Position numbers and translations under genes: made by a program. From a virus (lineage: Duplodnaviria > Caudoviricetes), in IMG/VR virus record IMGVR_UViG_3300005805_000410, positions 1 through 26,327 of that record: DNA of 26,327 nucleotides. The stretch is one strand, 5' to 3'. Every line of letters starts with the position of its first letter. Position 1 is the stretch's first letter. Below the pieces are notes generated by a model. It was not told the DNA's origin. It saw only the letters and a program-made list of their open reading frames with translations, and made no database searches. This document shows positions 1 to 10,000 of this stretch, piece by piece.

Positions 1-1833
1 AAATATGATTACATAGTTGAAGATGAATTAAATAGAACAGGTAACATGAGTCTAAGTGGTATTACATCACCAATCTATGCCGGACCAACACCAGTTGCAA
101 AAAATACATACATTGATGTTATCGACTATTACGAAACATATCAACCAAGAGCGGTACTATCTTTCGTTCCATCAAAACACAGACCAACAAGTGGTACTGC
201 AAGTGGTAAATATATGTGGACACAATTGGACATTAATTACAATAAAAAAGTATTGGGATTAAATGAATATGCGGTAGAGGACTGTGAACAACCATTTGAT
301 TATTCTAATTTATTGGGTGTAGCATCAATTCATAATAAATGGCCGACAACTTTAAACCAAGGTAGTTTCAGAAATGAGGTTTCTCATTGTATATACAATG
401 GATTATATTTTGGGGAAGTGAAAAGAAAGGGGCCATATTATGTAGACAGACAATTAACAAAAGATGGTACATTAACCGGTTTTTCAGAATTCAGAGATGG
501 TGTATATACTATAATTCCATTAGCAGGTAAGACTAGTGAGTTACTGAATTCATATAGAAGACGTAAACTTTTTGGTAAATTAATGTGTGGTGGAGTAACA
601 TCGTATACCTTCTCGAACGGTTGGTTAAATGGTGTTTTATATTTTTTCCAATTCATGAAAAGAGGTACAAGTAAGTTTTGTAAGGAATGTTTATATAGAA
701 AAATAGAAAACGACGGATCGATACATTATTATTATAGGTCAACACCATATAATCCATTATACACCGGTGGTGTAAATTATACCGGAACCACAGAAACACA
801 ACAAAGCGGAAATGATGATGAGGGTGTTTCATATCAAACTATCTACAACAAGAAAACAAAAGGTTTCTATGGAACGGCTAGAAATTTAAACATGTCGTTA
901 TTATTAAATAATACAAATTTAACAAGTTCATTTAAGGAATATGTAACAAGTTTGGGGTATGTGTCTGGAACAAGTGCGGTAAAAAGAGAAATTAATTATC
1001 CGACAACGGTGGTTGATTTAGGTCCTAGAACAACATGGATTAAAGAAGTTTGTTTTGATGCATCTTTAGATGTGAACTGTTCAATTACCAGAAGTATCGG
1101 TTCGACATCTTATAAAGGACTTGATGATTTAATGGAATATATTATCGCATCAAAAGAGATTAAAGAAAGAGGTCGATTAGATGTACAAGATTTGTTTGAT
1201 AAAAGAGGTGGAGGTTTAATTGATGGTGACGTTGCACAATTATTAAACTTCAATACACAAGTTGGTATATATCCATTGGAAACCGAAGATTCCGAATCTC
1301 CATACTTCACAGACTATACAGATACTTTCGATAGTAAAGGACCTGTTGGTATTAACTTTTTATATAGTGAGGACAATCCTGATACAGAAACAGTTGAGGC
1401 GAATGGATACCTTATTAGAACGTGTTTGAATAAAAAAGGAAGACTTGGAGATTATTCACAAAGGGTACCATATTTTATGTGGGATACAAGAGGACATGGT
1501 TTTGGTGAAGATGGTCCGGCGGGTGAATCACAAACATATTTCACGGCTAAAGTATTCAATCAAAGATTACAACAAATGAAAGCAAATACAAACTTAAGTT
1601 TGGGTGATGATTTAGCTGACGAATTCCAAGACGGATATGTCCTACCCCCAATTAGAGATTGTATTGACACCGGGAGTGGACCACAAAAAAGTAATGATAA
1701 TTACAAAGAATATACTGTATTTGGTAATACAAGACATTTAATGGAAATAGGTGGACCGTATCATTTTACATTCGGTTTAGTAAAGGGTGCAACCGCCTTC
1801 GATAAATTTATTGAAAATTTCGGACCAAAATAA
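1..1833 (+). CDS. Hypothetical phage protein, probably virion structural; 5'-truncated
   Basis: Frame 1 is open from base 1 (KYDYIVEDELNRTGNM...), so the true start lies upstream of the window. TAA at 1831-1833. It sits at the head of the structural cluster; no catalytic motif recognised. Confidence 0.75.
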   Translation, partial: KYDYIVEDELNRTGNMSLSGITSPIYAGPTPVAKNTYIDVIDYYETYQPRAVLSFVPSKHRPTSGTASGKYMWTQLDINYNKKVLGLNEYAVEDCEQPFDYSNLLGVASIHNKWPTTLNQGSFRNEVSHCIYNGLYFGEVKRKGPYYVDRQLTKDGTLTGFSEFRDGVYTIIPLAGKTSELLNSYRRRKLFGKLMCGGVTSYTFSNGWLNGVLYFFQFMKRGTSKFCKECLYRKIENDGSIHYYYRSTPYNPLYTGGVNYTGTTETQQSGNDDEGVSYQTIYNKKTKGFYGTARNLNMSLLLNNTNLTSSFKEYVTSLGYVSGTSAVKREINYPTTVVDLGPRTTWIKEVCFDASLDVNCSITRSIGSTSYKGLDDLMEYIIASKEIKERGRLDVQDLFDKRGGGLIDGDVAQLLNFNTQVGIYPLETEDSESPYFTDYTDTFDSKGPVGINFLYSEDNPDTETVEANGYLIRTCLNKKGRLGDYSQRVPYFMWDTRGHGFGEDGPAGESQTYFTAKVFNQRLQQMKANTNLSLGDDLADEFQDGYVLPPIRDCIDTGSGPQKSNDNYKEYTVFGNTRHLMEIGGPYHFTFGLVKGATAFDKFIENFGPK

Positions 1834-1834
1834 T

Positions 1835-2524
1835 ATGTGGATAAAAGATATTTTTAGTAAAAGAAAACCGAGTTACTTGGTTATATATGTTAACTATCAA
1901 AACTTAGAAGTTAGGTTATATAAGATTTTAAGTTCGTTGACGTATAGTATTGGACCATTAGAAAAAATTGACGATATAAAAAAAGAGATAAAAATTTTTA
2001 ATGAAAAATATCCATATCCTCTTAAAGATATTGTTTTAACAAGTTATGGAAGAGGTAAAAATCTAATTGAAACAACTGAAGGTAAAGAAAAATTTTATGA
2101 ATTGATGGACTCATTAAAACCTTTAATGGATGATAACACAAAAATATCATTTACAACATGTTTTACTGGAGTATCTTATAGGAATGTGGTGGAGTTGTCA
2201 GAATATTTTGAAGGAAGAGAGATTTTTGCAATGAGTAATGACTACACATTAAACGGAAAAATGACAAAGTGTAGTTGTAAAGAAAAGGGATATAGTAAAA
2301 AAATTATCGATTCCCTACCTAATAGTAGAAATGGGTTAAGATACGATGAAAGACAAATGGTCGAAATTATTAAAAGAGATGAGGGAGAAGAGATAAATTG
2401 GCTTACATGTGGGATGTCATATGAGTATAACCAAAGAATAAAAAAAGATGGTATTTGTATTGAGTCCAAACAATCAATCAATTTAATAAAAGGGATTCTA
2501 AATTATTTATTTAATATTCAATGA
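1835..2524 (+). CDS. Hypothetical 229-aa protein, possible degenerate caspase/hemoglobinase-fold (DUF4347/CHAT-like) domain
   Basis: ATG at 1835, just after the upstream stop, is preferred to the ORF-track start at 1787. Motifs DIVLTSYGRG and KISFTTCFTG resemble the SHG and C-x-x-G strands of the fold. The protein is Lys/Ile/Glu-rich, unlike its neighbours. Confidence 0.6.
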   Translation: MWIKDIFSKRKPSYLVIYVNYQNLEVRLYKILSSLTYSIGPLEKIDDIKKEIKIFNEKYPYPLKDIVLTSYGRGKNLIETTEGKEKFYELMDSLKPLMDDNTKISFTTCFTGVSYRNVVELSEYFEGREIFAMSNDYTLNGKMTKCSCKEKGYSKKIIDSLPNSRNGLRYDERQMVEIIKRDEGEEINWLTCGMSYEYNQRIKKDGICIESKQSINLIKGILNYLFNIQ

Positions 2525-4275
2525 ACAAAAAACAAATAATATTACCCACAAAAAGATTCGCAAACGCGGATGCGGAAGATATTGATATTCGTTTAGATTT
2601 AGACGAACAAAGGAATCTTATGCGTGAGGGTGATAAAAATATTGTTTTAGATATCAATGAATTATTCAATAAAGAAAGAAATGAAAGTGTAAACTATAAG
2701 ATACACGGTAAAATAAAAATGGTTTTTAGAAACCTTTATTCGGGTACAACATCTTATAATCCATTACTAAAAAATCTTTATTTAGTTGGTGATGGATTTG
2801 ATAATGATTTCACGGGTTATTTACCATACGATGAGTTTGCATTTTTAAGACATGATGTTGTTAGAGAGACATACACCGGTTATACTGGATCAAGTTTAAC
2901 AAGTGATATTAGTCAGTCATCATTTGTTATAACAGGATATACGGGACACACAACAATTACACCAATACAGGCACCATATCACAATTGGAACATATACTTA
3001 AGTTATGTATATAGTGGAGATACGAATCACGATATGGTTTACACACTTTCAGGTGCAACAAAAACAGAAGGTCAAAATATAATACACTTCAAATCCAGTG
3101 ACGGTATTCCATTTAGAGTTACAACAGGAGCAACATCAACAACTTTAACATCACCCGTTGAACATGGAATATCGAAAGGTGAATACGTGATTATTAATAC
3201 TCATTTGGTTTATGTATCGGATGTTGGAAATGAAATATATGGTTCTGAAAAATTTGTATTAAACATTCTTAAGAATGACATACCAACAGGATTAACGTTA
3301 TCACATAATACGTTGGTAAAAGGAAAGAGATGTTTAGATAAAAATAACGTATCAGGAACAACATCCCAATATTATGTCCATAAACATAAAATACTTACGT
3401 CATCAAAAGACTATATAATGGACAAAGTTGGATTTGAAAGTCCAATATGGGAAGAGGAAAAGAAACTATTATATAAAAATGGATTAAATGAAGAAGATTT
3501 TTTGGTTCAGGGAAATAGAATGGAATCAGTTATATATGATTTCAAAGAACCATTTGTTCTTACAGGTATAACAAACAATTTAGGATACACACCAACAGAT
3601 TTATATGTGTGTGTCTTTTTCAAAAACGGAAATGGTTATTTTAATTATCCACCAAAAGTTGGTTGGAAATTTAATTTTCACGATACGTGGATTGACGAAC
3701 ATTTTAGTGGTACAACATCATTAGAAACAAAACTTATAGGTACACCATTCACAAGTAATTTTGGTACAACCGGATTTACAAGTGGTAGTACAGTATCCGT
3801 TGGCACGACTGGATTCACAGGTGCATTTGTTGAATACAATAAAAGTGAACTTAAAGAAAGAATTATAAGTGAAGCATATCACAAGTTTACTTGCCCAACG
3901 ACAATCTTTAATCACGGACAAACTACCGCAGTTAATTTTCCGGGATCAAGTACAGGTAATCCACATGGATTATATTATCAACCATACCATAGAGTTAAAA
4001 TAAGACAATTATCACCATATATAGAATCATCAAATACTAATGAAATTTTTAACCTTCCTGAAAATACAAAATATTTTGAAAATGAAGGTTTGTGGAAATG
4101 GAGAGATTTATATGACCAAGGGTTTGTTGACCCCGAAGGATATGGTACAAACTACCCATTCATAAACAACACTCACTACATAAAACATGATATTAATTTC
4201 TATCTAAGAAATGAAAGATATTATACCAATAAGAGTGACGGAATTAAGAAATTCAAAAGTAATAATATTTGTTAA
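2521..4275 (+). CDS. Hypothetical virion structural protein (584 aa)
   Basis: Long ORF with ATGA overlap to the upstream gene and TAATG overlap to the downstream gene. Thr/Gly/aromatic-rich; structural-module context. Confidence 0.75.
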   Translation: MNKKQIILPTKRFANADAEDIDIRLDLDEQRNLMREGDKNIVLDINELFNKERNESVNYKIHGKIKMVFRNLYSGTTSYNPLLKNLYLVGDGFDNDFTGYLPYDEFAFLRHDVVRETYTGYTGSSLTSDISQSSFVITGYTGHTTITPIQAPYHNWNIYLSYVYSGDTNHDMVYTLSGATKTEGQNIIHFKSSDGIPFRVTTGATSTTLTSPVEHGISKGEYVIINTHLVYVSDVGNEIYGSEKFVLNILKNDIPTGLTLSHNTLVKGKRCLDKNNVSGTTSQYYVHKHKILTSSKDYIMDKVGFESPIWEEEKKLLYKNGLNEEDFLVQGNRMESVIYDFKEPFVLTGITNNLGYTPTDLYVCVFFKNGNGYFNYPPKVGWKFNFHDTWIDEHFSGTTSLETKLIGTPFTSNFGTTGFTSGSTVSVGTTGFTGAFVEYNKSELKERIISEAYHKFTCPTTIFNHGQTTAVNFPGSSTGNPHGLYYQPYHRVKIRQLSPYIESSNTNEIFNLPENTKYFENEGLWKWRDLYDQGFVDPEGYGTNYPFINNTHYIKHDINFYLRNERYYTNKSDGIKKFKSNNIC

Positions 4276-5123
4276 TGAAAATATTAAGAAAAGATATTGA
4301 CCAAAATTTAATAATAAATGGGGAGGAAATTTTCCAAACAGATCTTGGTTGGCAAGAAAGTGCTGCGGAAATGGAAAAAGAAACTCTTGAAAATATTATT
4401 AATCCGGCACAAAATTTTGAAACGGTTAGATATGTACACAAACCATATTTGAGTAATAATTTATTACAAACTGATATTTGGTATAAATTTTATTTTATAA
4501 GTGGAAATACCTATGTTTTAGACTACGAACCAACAGGTTTGAGTGTTAAAGAAAATGTTGAATTATATAAACAAGTAACTGAAAGTTTTTTCAGATTAGA
4601 ATTCTATAAAACCCCAAACGGAGCATCCCCTAATAGGGGAAATAGAAGATTAGTATTTTCTAAAAATTTATCAATTCCATTGGGTGAAAGATATTTTTAC
4701 ACCCCATTAAACACTTTCTTATATAAACCAATTTTCTATGGTTCAAATTATAGAAACAAGGAAAACATGTATCTGTTTTGGTTTCAAGATAATAGTGCAT
4801 TAAATGAAGAGACACTGACCGGTAACACATTTTATATGACCGCAAAGTTTTTTAATGCGGAAGATGGGACGGTAACGGATTTTACAAATAAACCATTTAT
4901 TAGTGGATTCCCCACATCAAATTCCAATGTAAGAATTGGTACGAGGTCAAACCCTATTTTATTTTACGAAAAGGGAATTCCAAATGCAACAGACGAAATA
5001 GTCGAGGAGGATGACATGTATTTTTGTGTCAAAATAAACAGACAGGATAGTGATTATGGATATGTCTACCAAGTTGGTTGTATTAATGATTGTACTTTAG
5101 GTGGTACGGCGGTTAAAGTTTAA
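4275..5123 (+). CDS. Hypothetical virion structural protein (282 aa) with C-terminal Cys-strand motif
   Basis: ATG at 4275 in a TAATG overlap is preferred to TTG at 4269. Ends ...CINDCTLGGTAVKV. Confidence 0.75.
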   Translation: MKILRKDIDQNLIINGEEIFQTDLGWQESAAEMEKETLENIINPAQNFETVRYVHKPYLSNNLLQTDIWYKFYFISGNTYVLDYEPTGLSVKENVELYKQVTESFFRLEFYKTPNGASPNRGNRRLVFSKNLSIPLGERYFYTPLNTFLYKPIFYGSNYRNKENMYLFWFQDNSALNEETLTGNTFYMTAKFFNAEDGTVTDFTNKPFISGFPTSNSNVRIGTRSNPILFYEKGIPNATDEIVEEDDMYFCVKINRQDSDYGYVYQVGCINDCTLGGTAVKV

Positions 5124-5128
5124 TATAA

Positions 5129-6103
5129 ATGAAAAAGAATAGATATGAAATATTAAAACAAACAGGAACAATTTATAACCTACCAATATTTTTAGAAAGT
5201 ACGGTAGATGAGATGGGTGTTATGGTTGGTTTTGATGGTAACGTAGAACAAGTGGAACAGTTGTGTAATTTCTCATATACACAAACAGGAAGCACTATAC
5301 AGGTTTATAGTACAATTAATCCTGATAGATTGAGAACCATTGTTGAACAAACTTTTACAATAAATTGGGGAGATGGAAGTACATCTGGTTTAACAGTTAA
5401 TAGTGGGGTGATTGGTACAAGTTTACCAACATTGAGTCACACCTATGGTACATCAGGTAGTTATACTATTTCTATATCAGTCAATGCCCCATTTTTAAAA
5501 CAAAAACTAACAAAAAAAGTAACAATCCCAAGATTTACAACAATCCCTAACTCTCTTGGAACATACACATATACAGGAACCACTTTACCATATTTTAATA
5601 TATCAAATGAATATTATTTAAAGAGTGGTAGAACACAGAATTATTTGAATAATTTGGAATATAATCCACCAACAGGACATACCGCATTTTCATATTTGGG
5701 AATTGGGGGAAGTAGAATAGAAGAGAAAAGAAGATATGGATCTACAACTTATGCGGGAACAACAACGGGTTCTGATAGTGTTGGGAATTACACGGGTTAT
5801 AGTTTTACATATACAGGAAATACAACAGGAACCACAGTTGTCCAATATAGAGATTATAGTGATGGATATACATTAATAACAGGAAACACAACAGGATTTA
5901 CAAAGGAGGAAATTATTAACCAAATGGTCACCAGAAATGAACATTTTTTAGGTTTTGTTGATGACCCCACTGTGTATTCTGACATATTTGTTGAAAGAGG
6001 AAAACAGGGTGTTATGGAAAAAACACTCAGATTGGGTGAAATTGATAATGTTGGAGAATTAGACATATATGGTAATGGATATTTTAAAATAAGAAAACAA
6101 TAA
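5129..6103 (+). CDS. Virion structural protein with PKD-like domain (324 aa)
   Basis: Contains the PKD signature TINWGDGSTS...SHTYGTSGSYTISISV (about 5350-5530), followed by a Thr/Gly-rich segment. Confidence 0.75.
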   Translation: MKKNRYEILKQTGTIYNLPIFLESTVDEMGVMVGFDGNVEQVEQLCNFSYTQTGSTIQVYSTINPDRLRTIVEQTFTINWGDGSTSGLTVNSGVIGTSLPTLSHTYGTSGSYTISISVNAPFLKQKLTKKVTIPRFTTIPNSLGTYTYTGTTLPYFNISNEYYLKSGRTQNYLNNLEYNPPTGHTAFSYLGIGGSRIEEKRRYGSTTYAGTTTGSDSVGNYTGYSFTYTGNTTGTTVVQYRDYSDGYTLITGNTTGFTKEEIINQMVTRNEHFLGFVDDPTVYSDIFVERGKQGVMEKTLRLGEIDNVGELDIYGNGYFKIRKQ

Positions 6104-6128
6104 AAATCATATTTATTAATAAAACATT

Positions 6129-7037
6129 ATGGCAGTAGGTAGTTACGGAACAATAAGACCAGCGGATGTATCACCAGCAGATGTAGACATTTTTTTACAT
6201 TATGTGGAGAACAGATTATCAACTTCAGATGTGACTTTTACAAAGTTACCTTCTGAAGATATTCTTACGCCGATATTTCATAATGGTGAAACATCACCTG
6301 TTACTGGTACTACCGAAGTTTTGGGTGGTTTATATAATCTAAAACTATCTTCTGATACATTTTCTGATTTAGGTGTTTATACTTTACACATAAGACCAAA
6401 ACAAATTAGAACATCTATAACAGATTGTGGAATTTTAGCATCATTACCATCGGTAAGAGGGTTAATCATTGACCTATCAAATGTACCATCTACTGATAGA
6501 GGTAAATTTACCCCACAAGGGTTGGTTGGATACAGAATTGAATATTTGAATAATGATGGTACAAAAGTTACAAATTTTTATAGAATTATAACTTCTTCAT
6601 TTTATTGTACTCCGGTTGTTTCTAACCTAACCAGTACAACACAAAAAGCAATTAGATATCAATATAGTAATACAACAACGAATTTGATGTTTTTGACGGT
6701 AACACCGTCTTCAGCACCTTCGAGTAGACCAAACGTTATCCCATTCATAGGTGAACCTGGACAAAATATTATTTTAACAAATACATTTTTTAATCCTACT
6801 ACCATAGAGGTAGAAATGGTTGAACATGATGCGTCTACATTGGCACACGCACTTTATGGCAACCAAACCAAAGCCGTTTCTTCTGGTATATACACCATTT
6901 ACAATAATAATAACGATATCTACAAGCAGTACAACCTATATGAAGTTAAAGATGAGTTTAATGAGACACTTTACGAAGTTAGGGAGGAAAGAACAGATAT
7001 TGACGAGACATTAAATTTCGATGATATTACAGAATAA
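6129..7037 (+). CDS. Hypothetical virion structural protein (302 aa)
   Basis: Clean ORF with an A-rich leader and a TATTTAT motif, translationally coupled (TAATG) to the 1969-aa gene. Confidence 0.75.
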   Translation: MAVGSYGTIRPADVSPADVDIFLHYVENRLSTSDVTFTKLPSEDILTPIFHNGETSPVTGTTEVLGGLYNLKLSSDTFSDLGVYTLHIRPKQIRTSITDCGILASLPSVRGLIIDLSNVPSTDRGKFTPQGLVGYRIEYLNNDGTKVTNFYRIITSSFYCTPVVSNLTSTTQKAIRYQYSNTTTNLMFLTVTPSSAPSSRPNVIPFIGEPGQNIILTNTFFNPTTIEVEMVEHDASTLAHALYGNQTKAVSSGIYTIYNNNNDIYKQYNLYEVKDEFNETLYEVREERTDIDETLNFDDITE

Positions 7038-10000
7038 TGGCAAGAAGAAAAGTTCCAAGTCAAGCGGCAAGTGGTGCAGAAACATTTAGCGATAGTTTAG
7101 TCGGTAGACAGATTACCGACGGTACTAGTCAATTGACCAATACGAACTTTGCAATTGATAAAGTAATACCTGAAAGAGATGTAAAAAACTTCAGATCGGG
7201 AAAATTTTCAGATTTTTTAACTTTAGAAGATTTAAAAAGTGAAAAATTCACATCTGAAGAAACACAAATTTTAGAAGAAAAAAAGAAGGGTGTTAATTTC
7301 AAACCGTCAAAAGATGATGCAGGTAAATCTTTATTTGGTTCTTTAAAAAATAGAATTGGTGTTTCGTTAACCAATATTATCAAAAAATATCCTGCGGGTG
7401 TATTAGTTGATAAAAATAGTACAACAAGATCTTCCGATTATACTGCGGAAAACATCACTTATGACATAAGTTTAAACACCACACAATTTGAAATTGACTT
7501 TGGTAGATTATACAACCCATTTGATGTTTTATTTGTAAAACCAAATAGTCAGGATGACCCAAATCAATTAAATAAGTTAAGAAATTTTTATTCATCATTT
7601 ACAAAATACGTAATTGAAATAAGTGGTGTAACATACGATGTATTAAATTACATAGAACCTAATACGGATTATAAAATCACATTAAGAGTATCAGGTAAAC
7701 CTTTTGGTACATTACCATCCAATTTTGATGAAAACATCTTCATTAGACCAAACAATGGTTTAGTAGAAGATTTCTTTTCTAAATTAGATGAGTTAGAACA
7801 ATGTCTTTTAGATAGAGACACATACCCAAAATACACATCTAAATTCACAGTACCTAAAGATAGTTTAGACCAATCTGAAACAGTATTAACAGATGTAGAA
7901 GTAACATGGCCAATAGGAAGAGACGGATGGAATATAAAAATTGTCGGATTAGATTTTGATTTATTTGTAAATCAATTATCAGAATTAGCAGATGAGATTG
8001 ATGATTACAAATCAAATCTTTTTGTTAGATTCATGTCTTCACCACAACTTTTTGAGTTCGATACTGAAGACAAAAAGACGGAAGCAATTTTCCAACTGTA
8101 TGGTCATAATTTTGATAAGGTAAAGAAATATATTGAGAACATTGCTTACATGAGAAATGTAAGTTATGATGGTATAAACAATTTACCGGATGTTCTTTTA
8201 AAGAACTTAGCAAATACTTTAGGTTTAACAACTGTAAATCTTTTTGATGAGAAAAAATTAGAAGAATTATTATATACAAGACAAGATACACAATATTCAG
8301 GTCTTACAACTGGTAAGAATATTATTGATGCCGAATATGAGTTTTATAGAAGACTCTTAGTCAATTTGGCATATATCTATAAATCAAAAGGTACTCGTTC
8401 ATCTATTGAGTTTTTCTTAAAATTCTTAGGTGCACCTGAACCTATGATTAAAATAAATGAATTCATTTATGAGATTACCTCATTACCTAAATCATTTAAT
8501 TTAGATGATGACATTTATGATGTTGTTGCGGGTATCAAACAAATTAGAGTTGGTACATTCATACCAAGTGGATATACATACCAAATTACAACAACTACAG
8601 GTACAACTAGTTTCACTTCAGATACATACCCAATCGTTTCAGGTAGTAAATTACCAAAAACTGCATACGATGAAACATCAAATGTCTTTTTCCAAAAAGG
8701 GGCGGGTTGGTATGATATCACATTAAGTCATAGATCACCAGAAATAATTGATGGTGTGAATTCTGTTCTATCTGGTAGAACAAAGACAATCAAAAGAATG
8801 AATAAACCATATACATATGGTGAAGATTATTTTGATGTTTATAGAACATTACCGGGTTTAGATACGGGTTACGAAATAACAAGTAGAATTGACAACAAGC
8901 AAAGACAAGTTGTCGATGAGAATTCTTCTTTATTCTTTAATAGAAAAAATATCGAGGTTTACCTTTCTTCTGCAAATGCAATAAATTATGACATTTGGAA
9001 GAAATCAAGAGAGTTAGAAATTTCTTTTGGTAGTGCAACATTAGAACCACAAACAGGTGTAACATTCGCGGAATACATTGATAAAATGATGAGTACTCAA
9101 ATAAGAAACTCACATTCAATCAAGTATAGAAAAAATTATATTAAACTTGAGGACATTTACCAAGACTATGTAACATCAACAAGTTTTGTTCCATACAATT
9201 TTCCTGATGTAAATGAATTCATAGTTAAAATGGGTCCATATTGGACTCAAGTATTAGATCAGGTAATACCATCAACAACACTATGGACTGGTGGTAACTT
9301 AATAGAAAATAATATTTTTGGTAGACCTAAATACAGATATAGATTCGGTTGTCAACCAAAAGTCTTTATAGAAAGTTTGTATCCTGATTTTGAAAATGCT
9401 ATAGAAGAGGATTTTGAAAAGATATTAGGAGGTAGTAATAGTTTAAGAGGATTATTAGGTGCAACAGGTGTAACATATTATCCTATTATTGAAATTGATG
9501 GGGTAGAATACGGTGGACCTGATTCAGGATTCGGAGTTATAGTTAGTGGTAATACTTCAGTATCGGGAGTTAGTGCAAAATTATTCGATTCGTTTCCAAT
9601 AAATAATTGTACTGGTACTACATCATCCTCAACGCAGTTACCTTTAATATGTGACTATAAAGATTATTTAGAACCAGATATAACTGCAATTAAAAATTTG
9701 TGGGTCACAAAGTTAATTGCGTTAATTAACTATATCAACACCGAAGACACAATGAACGGTGCCGGTTGTATTAATACATATGCACCATATACTGCGGCAA
9801 CACAAAATAGTACGTGTACACAGGTTTCAAAACCAAAAATAACATATTCATTTTTTACTGATGTTGATGGTATTGAAAAAATTAAATTAACATCCATAAA
9901 ATACGGTCCAAATGATTGTTCTGTCGAGGAATATCTTGATTATAAGTTTGTTGCAGAAAATGATACAACTGTTCCCGATTGTGGATTAGAATTAGATTTT

